Origin: Candidatus Bathyarchaeota archaeon
Lineage (GTDB): Archaea > Thermoproteota > Bathyarchaeia > Hecatellales > Hecatellaceae
NCBI GenBank assembly: GCA_052246995.1
Contig: JBQPWD010000003.1
Location: 32,001 to 96,000, forward strand
DNA length: 64,000 nt
Direction of reading: 5' to 3'
Shown here one piece after another: positions 40,454-50,493 of the stretch (position 1 is its first letter; each line of letters opens with the position of its first letter). The notes beneath the pieces are model-generated. The model saw only the letters and a list, made by a program, of their open reading frames with translations, was not told where the DNA came from and ran no database searches. The position numbers were made by a program, and so were the translations under genes.

Positions 40454-42139
40454 ATGGCTACAACAGCTCAAGCTATACCCGCCGTAACCGAGTCAGGACA
40501 GCCTATCCTCATTCTTAAGGAAGGGACAACACAAACTAGGGGTAGGGAAGCGCAAAGAAACAACATCATGGCAGCTAAAGTTATAGCCGAAATGGTTAGA
40601 ACCAGTCTTGGTCCACGTGGAATGGATAAAATGCTTATCTCAAGTTTTGGTGATGCAACAATAACAAACGACGGTGCAACAATTTTAAAAGAAATGGATA
40701 TTCAGCACCCGGCAGCCAAAATGATGGTTGAAGTTGCAAAAGCTACAGACCATGAGGTAGGTGATGGAACAACAACGGTTGTTATTCTTGCAGGAGCATT
40801 GCTTGAAAGAGCTGAAACTCTCATCAGTAAGAATATTCACCCAACAATCATAGTTGATGGTTTCAATAAGGCTGCTGAAAAAGCTCTGGAAATTGCAAAT
40901 AAAATCGCAATCGAGGTTAACCCAAAGGATAGGGAGATTCCTAAAAAGGTTGCAATGACAGCTATGGCAAGTAAGATGGTGTCAGAGAATAGAGAGTTTC
41001 TTGCAAACTTAGCTGTTGACGCAATTCTACAAGTTATTCAAGAGGTTGATGGAAAATATAAGGTTGAGATAGATGACATCAAGGTTGAAAAGAAGGCTGG
41101 GGCATCAATAACGGATACAAAGCTTGTTAAGGGGGTAGCCCTAGATAAGGAGGTTGTTCACCCAGGAATGCCTAAAATTGTAAGAAACGCCAAAATAGCT
41201 TTGCTTGACTGTCCACTTGAAATAGAAAAAACCGAAATTGATGCAAAAATAAACATTGAAACACCAGAACAGATGAAGGCTTTTCTTGATGAGGAGACTA
41301 AGATGCTTAGGGAGATGGTTGAGAAGGTTAAGAATGCTGGTGCTAATGTTTTATTCTGCCAGAAAGGTATAGATGACATGGCTCAACACTTCCTAGCTAA
41401 AGCAGGAATACTAGCAGTCAGAAGAGTTAAGCAATCTGACATGGAAAAACTTGCTAAGGCTACAGGTGGAAGAATAGTTACAAACCTTGACATGCTAACT
41501 TCAGATGACCTTGGATATGCTGAGCTTGTAGAAGAAAGAAAACTTGGAGAAGATAAGTGGACCTTTGTTGAAGGATGCAAAAATCCAAGGTCATTAACCA
41601 TACTCATACGTGGCGGTAACGATAGAGTTGTAGATGAGGCTGAAAGAAGCCTTCATGACGCTATATGCGTAATCAGAAATGTTATTCACAAACCCAAGGT
41701 TGTTGCCGGTGGTGGAGCGCTTGAAGCTGAGATTGCTCTCCAGCTTAAAAACTGGGCTCAATCGCTTTCAGGTAGAGAACAGCTTGCAGCTTTAGAGTTT
41801 GCTGAAGCATTAGAAACAATACCTTTAACCTTGGCTGAAAATGCTGGGCTTGACACTATAGATATCCAGGTTGAGCTCAGGGCTAGACATGAAAAGGGTG
41901 AAAAATGGGCTGGTGTGGATGTTTTCGAAGGCAAAGTTAAAGATATGCGTAAAATTGACGTTTACGAACCACTACTTGTTAAAGAACAGGTAATAAAGTC
42001 CGCAGTTGAAGCTGCATCAATGATACTTAGAATAGACGACGTAATAGCAGCTTCAAGAATGAAAGAAACAACTCCCCCAAGTAAAACTGGAGCTGGGGCC
42101 GGAGAAGAAGAGGAGAAATCATCATCCGAGCTTGATTAG
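40454..42139 (+). CDS. thsB: Thermosome (group II chaperonin) subunit, beta-like (acidic tail)
   Basis: [28 protein letters not shown]. The alpha/beta assignment rests only on the termini. Confidence 0.9.
   Translation: MATTAQAIPAVTESGQPILILKEGTTQTRGREAQRNNIMAAKVIAEMVRTSLGPRGMDKMLISSFGDATITNDGATILKEMDIQHPAAKMMVEVAKATDHEVGDGTTTVVILAGALLERAETLISKNIHPTIIVDGFNKAAEKALEIANKIAIEVNPKDREIPKKVAMTAMASKMVSENREFLANLAVDAILQVIQEVDGKYKVEIDDIKVEKKAGASITDTKLVKGVALDKEVVHPGMPKIVRNAKIALLDCPLEIEKTEIDAKINIETPEQMKAFLDEETKMLREMVEKVKNAGANVLFCQKGIDDMAQHFLAKAGILAVRRVKQSDMEKLAKATGGRIVTNLDMLTSDDLGYAELVEERKLGEDKWTFVEGCKNPRSLTILIRGGNDRVVDEAERSLHDAICVIRNVIHKPKVVAGGGALEAEIALQLKNWAQSLSGREQLAALEFAEALETIPLTLAENAGLDTIDIQVELRARHEKGEKWAGVDVFEGKVKDMRKIDVYEPLLVKEQVIKSAVEAASMILRIDDVIAASRMKETTPPSKTGAGAGEEEEKSSSELD
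41270..41430 (+). repeat. 161-nt tract identical to 42961-43121 (thermosome paralogues)
   Basis: Direct comparison by eye; also 41144-41238 vs 42835-42929 with one mismatch. Confidence 0.9.
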
Positions 42140-42177
42140 AAAAGAAGTTTTGCTTAATTAATGTGAGGTGAAAAGAT

Positions 42178-43803
42178 ATGAGTCAAACAATTCCTGTTTT
42201 AATTTTAAAAGAAGGTACAGGTAGAACTAGAGGACGTAATGCTTTAAGAAACAACATCATGGCCGCAAGAATTATTGGAGAAATTTTACGTAGTACACTT
42301 GGTCCACGTGGAATGGATAAAATGCTTGTTGATAGTTTAGGAGATATAACCGTAACAAACGATGGTGCAACAATTCTAAAAGAGATCGACGTTGAACATC
42401 CAGCCGCTAAAATGATGGTTGAAGCTGCCAAAACCCAAGACCAAGTTGTAGGTGATGGAACAACAACAGTTGTTGTTTTAGCTGCTGAACTCTTGAAAAA
42501 AGCTGAAGAACTTATAGATCAAAACATCCATCCAACTGTTGTTGTTGGAGGGTTCAGGAAGGCTGCAAACTACTGTTTAGAGGAGCTTGAAAAAATAGCT
42601 ATCCCAGTAGATATTGATGATAAAGATATGCTTAAAAAAGTTGCTGAAACAGCTTTACGCAGTAAATCTGCATCCACTGCAAAAGATTTAATTATCAACA
42701 TGGCTATTGAGGCTGTTAGAAGTATTGCTGAAAAGAGAGATGAAAAACTGGTTGCCGACATAGACCAAATTCAGATAACCAAGAAGCACGGTGGAAGCTT
42801 GGCTGACACAAAACTTATCAATGGACTCATTATCGATAAGGAGGTTGTTCACCCGGGAATGCCTAAAATTGTAAGAAACGCCAAAATAGCTTTGCTTGAC
42901 TGTCCACTTGAAATAGAAAAAACCGAAATCAGCGCTGAAATAAGGATTAGAGATCCTGCTCAGATGAAGGCTTTTCTTGATGAGGAGACTAAGATGCTTA
43001 GGGAGATGGTTGAGAAGGTTAAGAATGCTGGTGCTAATGTTTTATTCTGCCAGAAAGGTATAGATGACATGGCTCAACACTTCCTAGCTAAAGCAGGAAT
43101 ACTAGCAGTCAGAAGAGTTAAAAAGTCTGACATGGAAAAACTTGCTAGAGCTACAGGTGGAAGAATAGTTACAAACCTTGATGACCTTAAACCTGATGTG
43201 CTTGGATATGCTGGGCTTGTTGAAGAAAGAAAAATTGGAGAAGATAAAATGGTGTTTGTTGAAGAGTGTAAAAATCCAAAGTCTGTTGCAATCTTAATAC
43301 GTGGTGGACTTGAAAGATACGTTGATGAAATTGAACGTGCAATCCATGATTCACTTTCAGTTGTTTCAGACGTTTACGAGTATAACAAGGTTGTTGCTGG
43401 TGGAGGGGCGGTTGAAGCTGAACTTGCAAAAAGACTGAGAGAGTATGCTAGAAAGGTTGGTGGTAGAGAACAGCTTGCAATAGAATCCTTTGCAGACGCA
43501 TTAGAAGTTATACCCCGAACCTTGGCTGAAAATGCTGGGCTTGACCCTGTTGATATTCTTGTTGAGCTTAGGGCTGCGCATGAAAAAGCTGATGGGTTAT
43601 GGTGTGGTGTAAACGTTTTTGAAGGTAAAGTCGTAGATATGATGAAGCTTAACGTCGTTGAGCCTATGAAGGTTAAGGAACAAGCAATAAAATCCGCAGT
43701 TGAGGTTACATCAATGATACTTAGAATAGACGACGTAATAGCTGCAGCGAGAACAAAACCTGAAAAAGAAAAAGGTGGAGCGGGCGGAATGCCTGAATAC
43801 TAA
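42178..43803 (+). CDS. thsA: Thermosome (group II chaperonin) subunit, alpha-like (GGM tail)
   Basis: [41 protein letters not shown]. Confidence 0.9.
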   Translation: MSQTIPVLILKEGTGRTRGRNALRNNIMAARIIGEILRSTLGPRGMDKMLVDSLGDITVTNDGATILKEIDVEHPAAKMMVEAAKTQDQVVGDGTTTVVVLAAELLKKAEELIDQNIHPTVVVGGFRKAANYCLEELEKIAIPVDIDDKDMLKKVAETALRSKSASTAKDLIINMAIEAVRSIAEKRDEKLVADIDQIQITKKHGGSLADTKLINGLIIDKEVVHPGMPKIVRNAKIALLDCPLEIEKTEISAEIRIRDPAQMKAFLDEETKMLREMVEKVKNAGANVLFCQKGIDDMAQHFLAKAGILAVRRVKKSDMEKLARATGGRIVTNLDDLKPDVLGYAGLVEERKIGEDKMVFVEECKNPKSVAILIRGGLERYVDEIERAIHDSLSVVSDVYEYNKVVAGGGAVEAELAKRLREYARKVGGREQLAIESFADALEVIPRTLAENAGLDPVDILVELRAAHEKADGLWCGVNVFEGKVVDMMKLNVVEPMKVKEQAIKSAVEVTSMILRIDDVIAAARTKPEKEKGGAGGMPEY

Positions 43804-43890
43804 GCAAAACCAAAAACTTTTTTTACTTAAAAATTAAATATTCACACCTTTTTAATAGTTACATAGTCTCTCCTTTACTGAGTTATTAAT

Positions 43891-43991
43891 GCCGGGGTGG
43901 CTGAGTGGACTAAAGCGCGGGCCTTGAGCTTAAGAAAAGGAGAGCCCGTGGGCCCTTGGGGCCCGCATGGGTTCAAATCCCATCCCCGGCG
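43891..43991 (+). tRNA. tRNA-Ser (probably UGA) with 14-nt intron at 43929-43942
   Basis: GCCGGGG/CCCCGGC acceptor stem, G discriminator, long variable arm, 21 nt between anticodon stem halves CGGGC/GCCCG. Confidence 0.9.
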
Positions 43992-44122
43992 TCAAAGAGC
44001 TTTACGTTATTTGACATTTAAACTTAAACTGAACTGTTTAAAAATTGCAAATAAACTAGTTTGTTATCAGGTTTGAAATTGTTGAATAAAAAATTAGGAA
44101 AACAGTTATAAAAAGGAAAATT

Positions 44123-45484
44123 TTAAGTCTTCTTTGTTAAATCAACAAGCTTTTGAACTTTATGTCCTAAGAAGGGAAGCTCGGAGATTGATCTAGCAAT
44201 CTCTACCTCTGCTTCAGCGTTAAAATTCTCCGCAACTTTTTCTGAAATAGCTTTTTTAAAGGTATTCTCATCTTTAACCTTTGTTAAATCTATCACAATC
44301 TTAATTTTCAGCTTATCAAGTGGAAAGGGCTTGTACTTGTAGATTGTAAACCACTCCGTAAACCCTGGAACATCCGCTAAAGCATTTTCTATTTCTGATG
44401 GAAAGATAACTTTACCTTTAATGTTTACCGCAAAAGCCTCTCTCCCAAGAAATGTAACCCGAGTATGAGTTCTACCGCAACCACATTTCTCCGTTGAAAT
44501 AAACCCTATATCTTCAGCACCCCACTTAATAACTGGTGTTGCCTTAGCGAAAAGGTTTGTAACAACAATTTCTCCACGCTCACCTTCAGCCATACGTTCA
44601 TGAGTTCTAGGGTCTCTAATCTCAACAAGAAATAGATCATCACATGAATGCAGACCAGCATGCATATCACAGTCGCCAAAATACCATAAAGGGTCAGCTA
44701 TCCCACCAAAGTCATAGATTTTGTCAATAGGTATACCTGTTTCATCTTCAAGTTTTCTTTTAACAGTTTTAGTTACTATGTCCCCATAACCAGTATCAAT
44801 CATACGAACGTTTTCACAAAGCTTCTTAAAATCTTCACCAAGTCTTTTAGCAGCTTCAATAAGGGCGTAAATATAAAGGGTAGGTCCTGCAAGGATTGTA
44901 GGTTTAAAGGTTTTCATGATTTGAATGTGTTTATCCATGATGTTTGGTAAAGGATAACCACAATCACCAACGCTTCTAATTCCAAGTCTATCAATACCTA
45001 ATGTATGTATAGGAATGTACCCGTGCCATCTAAAAGCCCCACCCATGACAAAGTCTCCTGGACGCCAGCCTCTCATCCACTTAAGTCTAATCTCTTGCTC
45101 TGAAGCAGTTGTAAGGTCTTCACGCGAGTAGGCAAAAATTGTAGGTAAACCTGTTGTACCTGTTGAAGCATGGATGGTTATGATTTCATCGCTTAAAGGT
45201 ATGCATAAAGTTCCGCCAAAAGGATCGCCTGTTTTATCACGTTCATCTCTAATCTCATCCTTATACGTCATTGGAACCTTGTCAAAATCACTAAAAGATT
45301 TAACATCACCTGGGGACAACTCTGCCTCTTTAAACTTTTTATTATAAAATTTAGAGTGATGGTAAACATAGTTCAGCTGAGCTAAAAGTCTTTTTAACTG
45401 AAGATCTCTTAATTCACTCCTAGGCATAGTTTCGATTTCTTCACTCCAAAATTTTTTCCATTTTTTAACCAATCTAATTAACAC
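44123..45484 (-). CDS. Phenylacetate-CoA ligase (PaaK)/F390 synthetase family adenylate-forming enzyme
   Basis: HASTGTTGLP P-loop, GEIVVTNL, CGCGRTH, GR hinge, IFPSEIE. Start may be TTG at 45472. Confidence 0.88.
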   Translation of the reverse strand: MLIRLVKKWKKFWSEEIETMPRSELRDLQLKRLLAQLNYVYHHSKFYNKKFKEAELSPGDVKSFSDFDKVPMTYKDEIRDERDKTGDPFGGTLCIPLSDEIITIHASTGTTGLPTIFAYSREDLTTASEQEIRLKWMRGWRPGDFVMGGAFRWHGYIPIHTLGIDRLGIRSVGDCGYPLPNIMDKHIQIMKTFKPTILAGPTLYIYALIEAAKRLGEDFKKLCENVRMIDTGYGDIVTKTVKRKLEDETGIPIDKIYDFGGIADPLWYFGDCDMHAGLHSCDDLFLVEIRDPRTHERMAEGERGEIVVTNLFAKATPVIKWGAEDIGFISTEKCGCGRTHTRVTFLGREAFAVNIKGKVIFPSEIENALADVPGFTEWFTIYKYKPFPLDKLKIKIVIDLTKVKDENTFKKAISEKVAENFNAEAEVEIARSISELPFLGHKVQKLVDLTKKT

Positions 45485-45488
45485 CTCC

Positions 45489-46526
45489 TTAAATTAAAAT
45501 TATTCTTGTATGAGTTCTACCGCAATTACAGATATCTTTAACAAGCTTAGCATTATACCATGTCAAATACCTTAACATTGGTGTACCTTTAGTCCAAAGA
45601 TTTGTTATGGTAAGTTTTCCAACTTCACCTTCGCTTTTAGCCTCACCAGTTTTTTCATCAACAACTTCAACAATAAACCCATCATCCCATACATGCAATC
45701 CACTTTTTTCTGGACACTCAAAAGCAAAAAAGTGGTTATCTTGAACATCCATCATTGAAAGATGAAGACCCCCCCATTCCTCTGTAAACCTTTTCCTTTC
45801 ATCTTCAGTTAGAAATGGCTCCCCAAGTTTTGTTCTATGAATAACTATTCTACAGTTAAATGCTTCTCTTGGAGAGACACCACTTTTCTTAACTTCATCG
45901 TTCATCATCTTAGCAAAATTTACAGTTGTTATAATTATATGAGGTTTAACAGACCTAGTAAGATGAATTATTCTTGGAAGATCTATAAATGGAAGGGAAA
46001 TTTCGACAGGTATGGCTGTAAACGGGATAATACGCTGTAAAGATCTATGGGTTGTGCCGAAACCTTCAATCAAGCATAAAACCTCATTTAGTGTTGCTTG
46101 AAGCTCTACAATCATTCCTTTCTCAAGACCAACCATCAAAAAATACCTTAAAAGATGGTTTAAAATCACATTTCTATCATCATGTGTATAGGCTGTATAA
46201 AGAGGTGGTCCTTTTAAAGACTGGTCTTGGGGGGAAAATACGTACACAACATCCTCTTCAGGTACACATAATCTCCCTCCAAAGGGATTTTGAGGTGAAG
46301 CATCTTTAACAGCATCTTCCCTAGTTGTTAATGGTAGTTTCTGCAAGTCATCTAGAGTTTTAATATCTTCAGGTTTAACCCCTGTTTCATCAAACCTTCT
46401 ATGATAAAATGACGAATTATTGTAGACATATCTTACCTGTTTCTTAAGATTTTTTAGTTGAAGTTCCTTTAATTCGCTTGGAGGTATTGTTTCAAGAGTT
46501 TCAAAGTTTAAACTCCATAAAGACAT
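45489..46526 (-). CDS. PaaK-like protein, degenerate and lacking the C-terminal domain
   Basis: PaaK N-terminus (FYHRRF…DLQKLPLT), GLH, ITNL, CNCGRTH then stop; no TSGTTG motif. Confidence 0.8.
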   Translation of the reverse strand: MSLWSLNFETLETIPPSELKELQLKNLKKQVRYVYNNSSFYHRRFDETGVKPEDIKTLDDLQKLPLTTREDAVKDASPQNPFGGRLCVPEEDVVYVFSPQDQSLKGPPLYTAYTHDDRNVILNHLLRYFLMVGLEKGMIVELQATLNEVLCLIEGFGTTHRSLQRIIPFTAIPVEISLPFIDLPRIIHLTRSVKPHIIITTVNFAKMMNDEVKKSGVSPREAFNCRIVIHRTKLGEPFLTEDERKRFTEEWGGLHLSMMDVQDNHFFAFECPEKSGLHVWDDGFIVEVVDEKTGEAKSEGEVGKLTITNLWTKGTPMLRYLTWYNAKLVKDICNCGRTHTRIILI

Positions 46527-46665
46527 CTTATTTACACCTTACAATAAATCAAAACTTTATGTTTATTACAGCTTTTAATATTTATACATGAAAAGATAGA
46601 TATTTATAGTTTTCTAGAAAATTTTGAAGATGAGACTTTCAACTTAAGATAAAGTTTAGTAGTTT

Positions 46666-47676
46666 CTAAATAGAAACTATTGCAGGAGGTATTGTAGTTA
46701 CAAGGTCTAAAAGATCCCTTATGCTTCCAACTATCCCTTTAAGGGAAAAGGGTAAAACATAGGCTAGCCGTGAAGGTATGGGGGCTTCTCTTTCCAGGAT
46801 TTTTTCAAGGTCTTTAATGTTATTCATAACTTCATACATTTTTTCTATTGCCTCTGTATGCGTCTTTTCATTCTTGGAGAAGAAGGCCTTTATTGTCCCC
46901 TCATAAGTAAAATGTATGCCTTCCTCAACCTTTTTAATCTCGGTTGCACAGTTTTCTGGAATTTTAAATGGTAGAGTGCTACCTACCTCTCTAGCTACTA
47001 ACACAACGCGATCAGCAATACTTTCTACGAGGCTTGCAGCAATTCTATAATCTAGGCAATCTATCGGTGAGAACTCAAGTTTTTCGCCAAGCTTAGGGTT
47101 AAGAGTTATTGTCCTCAAGATTCTTACAAGTAGAAAATATAACCTATCAACTTCATCATCTTTTTCATCTAAGGATTTTGCAAGCTCTACATCAGAGGTT
47201 AATAGACTTCTAAAAAGGTCTTTAAGCATACTCAGAGAAAGTACATATTCCCGTCTTAGAATCTTCTCAGGAGAGTAAGCTGCTGGTTTAAGTAGACATT
47301 GAAGAACAATTTTTTGTTGCGATTCCTCAGTAAGTTCAACACCAACTAAGCGATTCATTATTGCTTTAACTCTTCTCATATGGTCTTCGGTAATCTGTGC
47401 GGATTCAAGGTTTATAACTTCATAACCTAACAGGTAACTACTTAAAATTTTACTCTCAATTCTGCCAGTGGCTTTTAAAGTTATCTCTGGTGAAAACTCC
47501 ACTGTCTGTTGGGGATCCAGAATTAAACATCCATCGCTACGCTCCTTAACGTAAACTATTGAACCTTTTTTAAGGTTAAACTTTTTAATCCACCTTTTTG
47601 GAAGAGAGACAAGACAAGTACCATCAACGGTTTTTTGAATTTTTCTTGCTTCAAGAGACAAATCCTTTTCCACCAT
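46666..47676 (-). CDS. phoU: AbrB-PhoU phosphate uptake regulator
   Basis: RKIQ…VSLPK-W AbrB N-terminus, YLLGY, DDEVDRLYFL, ESIAD. Confidence 0.9.
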   Translation of the reverse strand: MVEKDLSLEARKIQKTVDGTCLVSLPKRWIKKFNLKKGSIVYVKERSDGCLILDPQQTVEFSPEITLKATGRIESKILSSYLLGYEVINLESAQITEDHMRRVKAIMNRLVGVELTEESQQKIVLQCLLKPAAYSPEKILRREYVLSLSMLKDLFRSLLTSDVELAKSLDEKDDEVDRLYFLLVRILRTITLNPKLGEKLEFSPIDCLDYRIAASLVESIADRVVLVAREVGSTLPFKIPENCATEIKKVEEGIHFTYEGTIKAFFSKNEKTHTEAIEKMYEVMNNIKDLEKILEREAPIPSRLAYVLPFSLKGIVGSIRDLLDLVTTIPPAIVSI

Positions 47677-47752
47677 TTAATTAAGATTATGTATCTTTAT
47701 TTATATCTTTAAAGAATTTATAGGTAGACAATAAAATAAGCTAACCCACGTT

Positions 47753-48643
47753 CTAGTTGGCCTTTCTGCCTACAGATTTTAAAAGCTCTTCTAAACTATC
47801 CGCTATTCTTGAAAGCCTTTCTTCAATATGTTTACTCATGACAATGTACCGTCTAGGATATGGTATTTCTATCCCATGTTTATCAAACTCCTTTTTAATT
47901 TCTTTTAATAAGGCTCTAGCCATCATAAAAGCCGTAGGTTGGTCTTTAGCTTTAGATAAAAGTCTAAGAACCACTCCTGAATCGGCAAACTCCATAACAA
48001 CAACGTTGGGTAGATTATCCGTAGGTATACAATCAGGGTGTCTTCTTGCAACGTCAACCATAATTTTTATAGCCTTCTCCAAGTCACTTTCATAGCTTAT
48101 TTGAACAAAAACCGGGACAACCATTGTTGGGTCTTCTACGCTATAGTTTGTTATAACTTCATTTTGAAGTATCGAATTTGGAACCATTAAACGCCTATTA
48201 TCCCATGTTCTTAAAACCGTATGTATAAGCTTAATATCTTCAACAAAACAAAAATCATTTCTAAACATTACAGCATCACCAATCCTTATTGGTTGGGAAA
48301 TTGAAATGATAATACCTGAAATTATGTTTGAAAGACTTGATTGGGCTGCAAGGCCTATAACTATTGAGGCAAAACCTGCTGCAATGAAGATTGAAGCAAT
48401 AACACCGCTAGCTTCAGGAAAGGCTGTGAATGTTGTTGCTAAAATACCTATGCTTGCAACAACAGTCACAAGCAACCTTTTAATAAACCTGTAAATTGTC
48501 TCAAATCTAGGTTGTGTTTTAAGAATTTTTCGGAAAAAGCCTGTGAAAAGAAAGTTTAAGATATACGCTAGGAGGAGTGTTAAAGTTAAACCTACAATAA
48601 ATGTGACAATTGAGCTTAAGGGTATAGTAGGTAAAAGTTCCAT
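47753..48643 (-). CDS. mscS: Small-conductance mechanosensitive channel
   Basis: GLAAQSSLSNIISG, PIRIGD, VPNS, GIEIPYP. Confidence 0.92.
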   Translation of the reverse strand: MELLPTIPLSSIVTFIVGLTLTLLLAYILNFLFTGFFRKILKTQPRFETIYRFIKRLLVTVVASIGILATTFTAFPEASGVIASIFIAAGFASIVIGLAAQSSLSNIISGIIISISQPIRIGDAVMFRNDFCFVEDIKLIHTVLRTWDNRRLMVPNSILQNEVITNYSVEDPTMVVPVFVQISYESDLEKAIKIMVDVARRHPDCIPTDNLPNVVVMEFADSGVVLRLLSKAKDQPTAFMMARALLKEIKKEFDKHGIEIPYPRRYIVMSKHIEERLSRIADSLEELLKSVGRKAN

Positions 48644-49022
48644 ACTAGAACAGCCGAACTTTTAGTTGTTTTTACCTAGAAAATTGTCATAGAGCTTTGT
48701 TATAAGTATTATTGGTGAAAAATATGTGAATAAGGTTATCTCTGGTGTTTTAAAAGGTTTTCTAGGTTCATTAACAAATGGCATATTTTTAGCTGTAAAA
48801 ATAAACAAGCTTGGCTTAAATCTACAGTTTCGGTTTCTTACGGTAGAAACTCAACCCTCCCAACTCAAACAGTTGTAACAGTTGACCAGATATAGGTTAT
48901 GTTTTAAAGTTTCATTGTAAAAACGACACGTAGTTTAAGGAAACCTTTAGAGAGATTGATTAAGGTAAATAAAATAATTATGAATATTAAGCATTACAAT
49001 TGTAAAAGAGGGGATTTTAACA

Positions 49023-50417
49023 ATGAGCATCTTAGAGGAATTTAAAAAACTTTTCTATCCTAAGTCTGTTGCTGTAATTGGGGCTTCAAACAATCCTTTA
49101 AAAATGGGCTTTCAGTGTGTTAAAAGCCTTGTTGAATCTGGTTTTCAAGGGAAAATTTACCCTGTCAACCCTAGCATTAACAAAATTTTAGACTTAAAAT
49201 GTTATCCAAGCATTTTAAGCATACCGGATGATGTTGACTTAGCAGTAATCGTTATTCCAGCATCCGAAGTTCTTCAAGCATTTAAGGAGTGTGCTTTAAA
49301 GGGTGTGGGTGGCGCGGTTATTATAACCGGTGGATTTAAAGAAACTGGAAGGGAAGAGAGTTTAAAGCTTCAGGAAGAATTAAAAAGGATAGCCGACGAT
49401 GCTGGAATAAAAGTCGTTGGACCAAATACTTTTGGCATGGTTAACCTTTATGCAAATCTTAACGCCTCCTTCACCATACCATTTTCCTACTTAAAAAAAG
49501 GGAGAGTTGCTATTGTTGGGCAAAGTGGCGGAGTCTGCCATATTTTGGCATTTCAGTTACATGACGAAGAAATTGGTTTTAGCAAAATTATTGGTGTTGG
49601 CAATAGATGTAATGTTGAATTTGCAGATTTACTTGAATACCTTGTCGAAGATCCTGAAACAGAAGTTATAGCATTATACATTGAAGGAGTTGAAGATGCT
49701 AGAAAGCTCGTAAAGGTTGCAAAGAAGGTTGCGGAGAAAAAACCTATAATAGTGTATAAGGTCGGTGTTGAGGAAAGCAGTAAAGCAGTATATTCTCATA
49801 CAGGCTCCTTGGCAGGTAAAAGTGAACTCTACTCTTCAGCTTTTAAGCAAGCTGGAATGATTCCAGTTGGAGATTGCGTAGAGTTTGTTGATACAATTAA
49901 GGCTTTTTGTCTTCAAAAACCGCCAAAAGGCAGAAAATTTGCTATAGTTTCTAAGGAGGCTGGCCCCTCAATTATAACCATAGATGTTTGTGTTAAGGGA
50001 GGGTTAACTCTAGCAGATTTTTCTGAGAAAACAATAAGAAAAATAGAGGAAGTTGTTCCACCCTACACTATTAGAAGCAATCCTGTAGATTTAGCGTTTG
50101 TCTTAGCAGATTATGAAAAACATGTTGAAGTTTTAAAATTAGTTTTATCAGATGAAAATGTTGACTCAATGGTTTACATTAACATTTACAATCCAGAATT
50201 AAAACCACCAGTAGAGGAAATTTCTCTGCTGGCTAAGGAAAATGGTAAAACGGTTGTTGCATGTTTAATCGGATTTAAAGACATTCAAGCTTTAGGTAAA
50301 AAAGAGTTCGAAAAGTATAAGATTCCTGTATATCCTACACCCGAAAGAGCTGCAAAAGCGCTTATAAATCTTACAAAGTATGGAGAAAAACTTAAAATAC
50401 AGAAAAATTATGGTTAG
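49023..50417 (+). CDS. ADP-forming acyl-CoA ligase alpha subunit
   Basis: PKSVAVIGAS, IYPVNP, GPNTFG, QSGG, SHTGSLAG (phospho-His), NPVDL. Confidence 0.92.
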   Translation: MSILEEFKKLFYPKSVAVIGASNNPLKMGFQCVKSLVESGFQGKIYPVNPSINKILDLKCYPSILSIPDDVDLAVIVIPASEVLQAFKECALKGVGGAVIITGGFKETGREESLKLQEELKRIADDAGIKVVGPNTFGMVNLYANLNASFTIPFSYLKKGRVAIVGQSGGVCHILAFQLHDEEIGFSKIIGVGNRCNVEFADLLEYLVEDPETEVIALYIEGVEDARKLVKVAKKVAEKKPIIVYKVGVEESSKAVYSHTGSLAGKSELYSSAFKQAGMIPVGDCVEFVDTIKAFCLQKPPKGRKFAIVSKEAGPSIITIDVCVKGGLTLADFSEKTIRKIEEVVPPYTIRSNPVDLAFVLADYEKHVEVLKLVLSDENVDSMVYINIYNPELKPPVEEISLLAKENGKTVVACLIGFKDIQALGKKEFEKYKIPVYPTPERAAKALINLTKYGEKLKIQKNYG

Positions 50418-50493
50418 TAAAAATTTTATATATCAGTTTTAAGAAGAAAATTTTGTATCAAAATTAAATTTTTAAATTTTTAGGTGGTTTAAA

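Noticed and set aside
44463-45526. Short (~18-nt) shared sequence GTATGAGTTCTACCGCAA in both PaaK-like genes
   Set aside because: It encodes the conserved CGRTHT motif and is too short to claim gene conversion.
48650-48990. Roughly 40-50-codon open frames on both strands upstream of the ACD alpha gene
   Set aside because: No clear SD or motif support.
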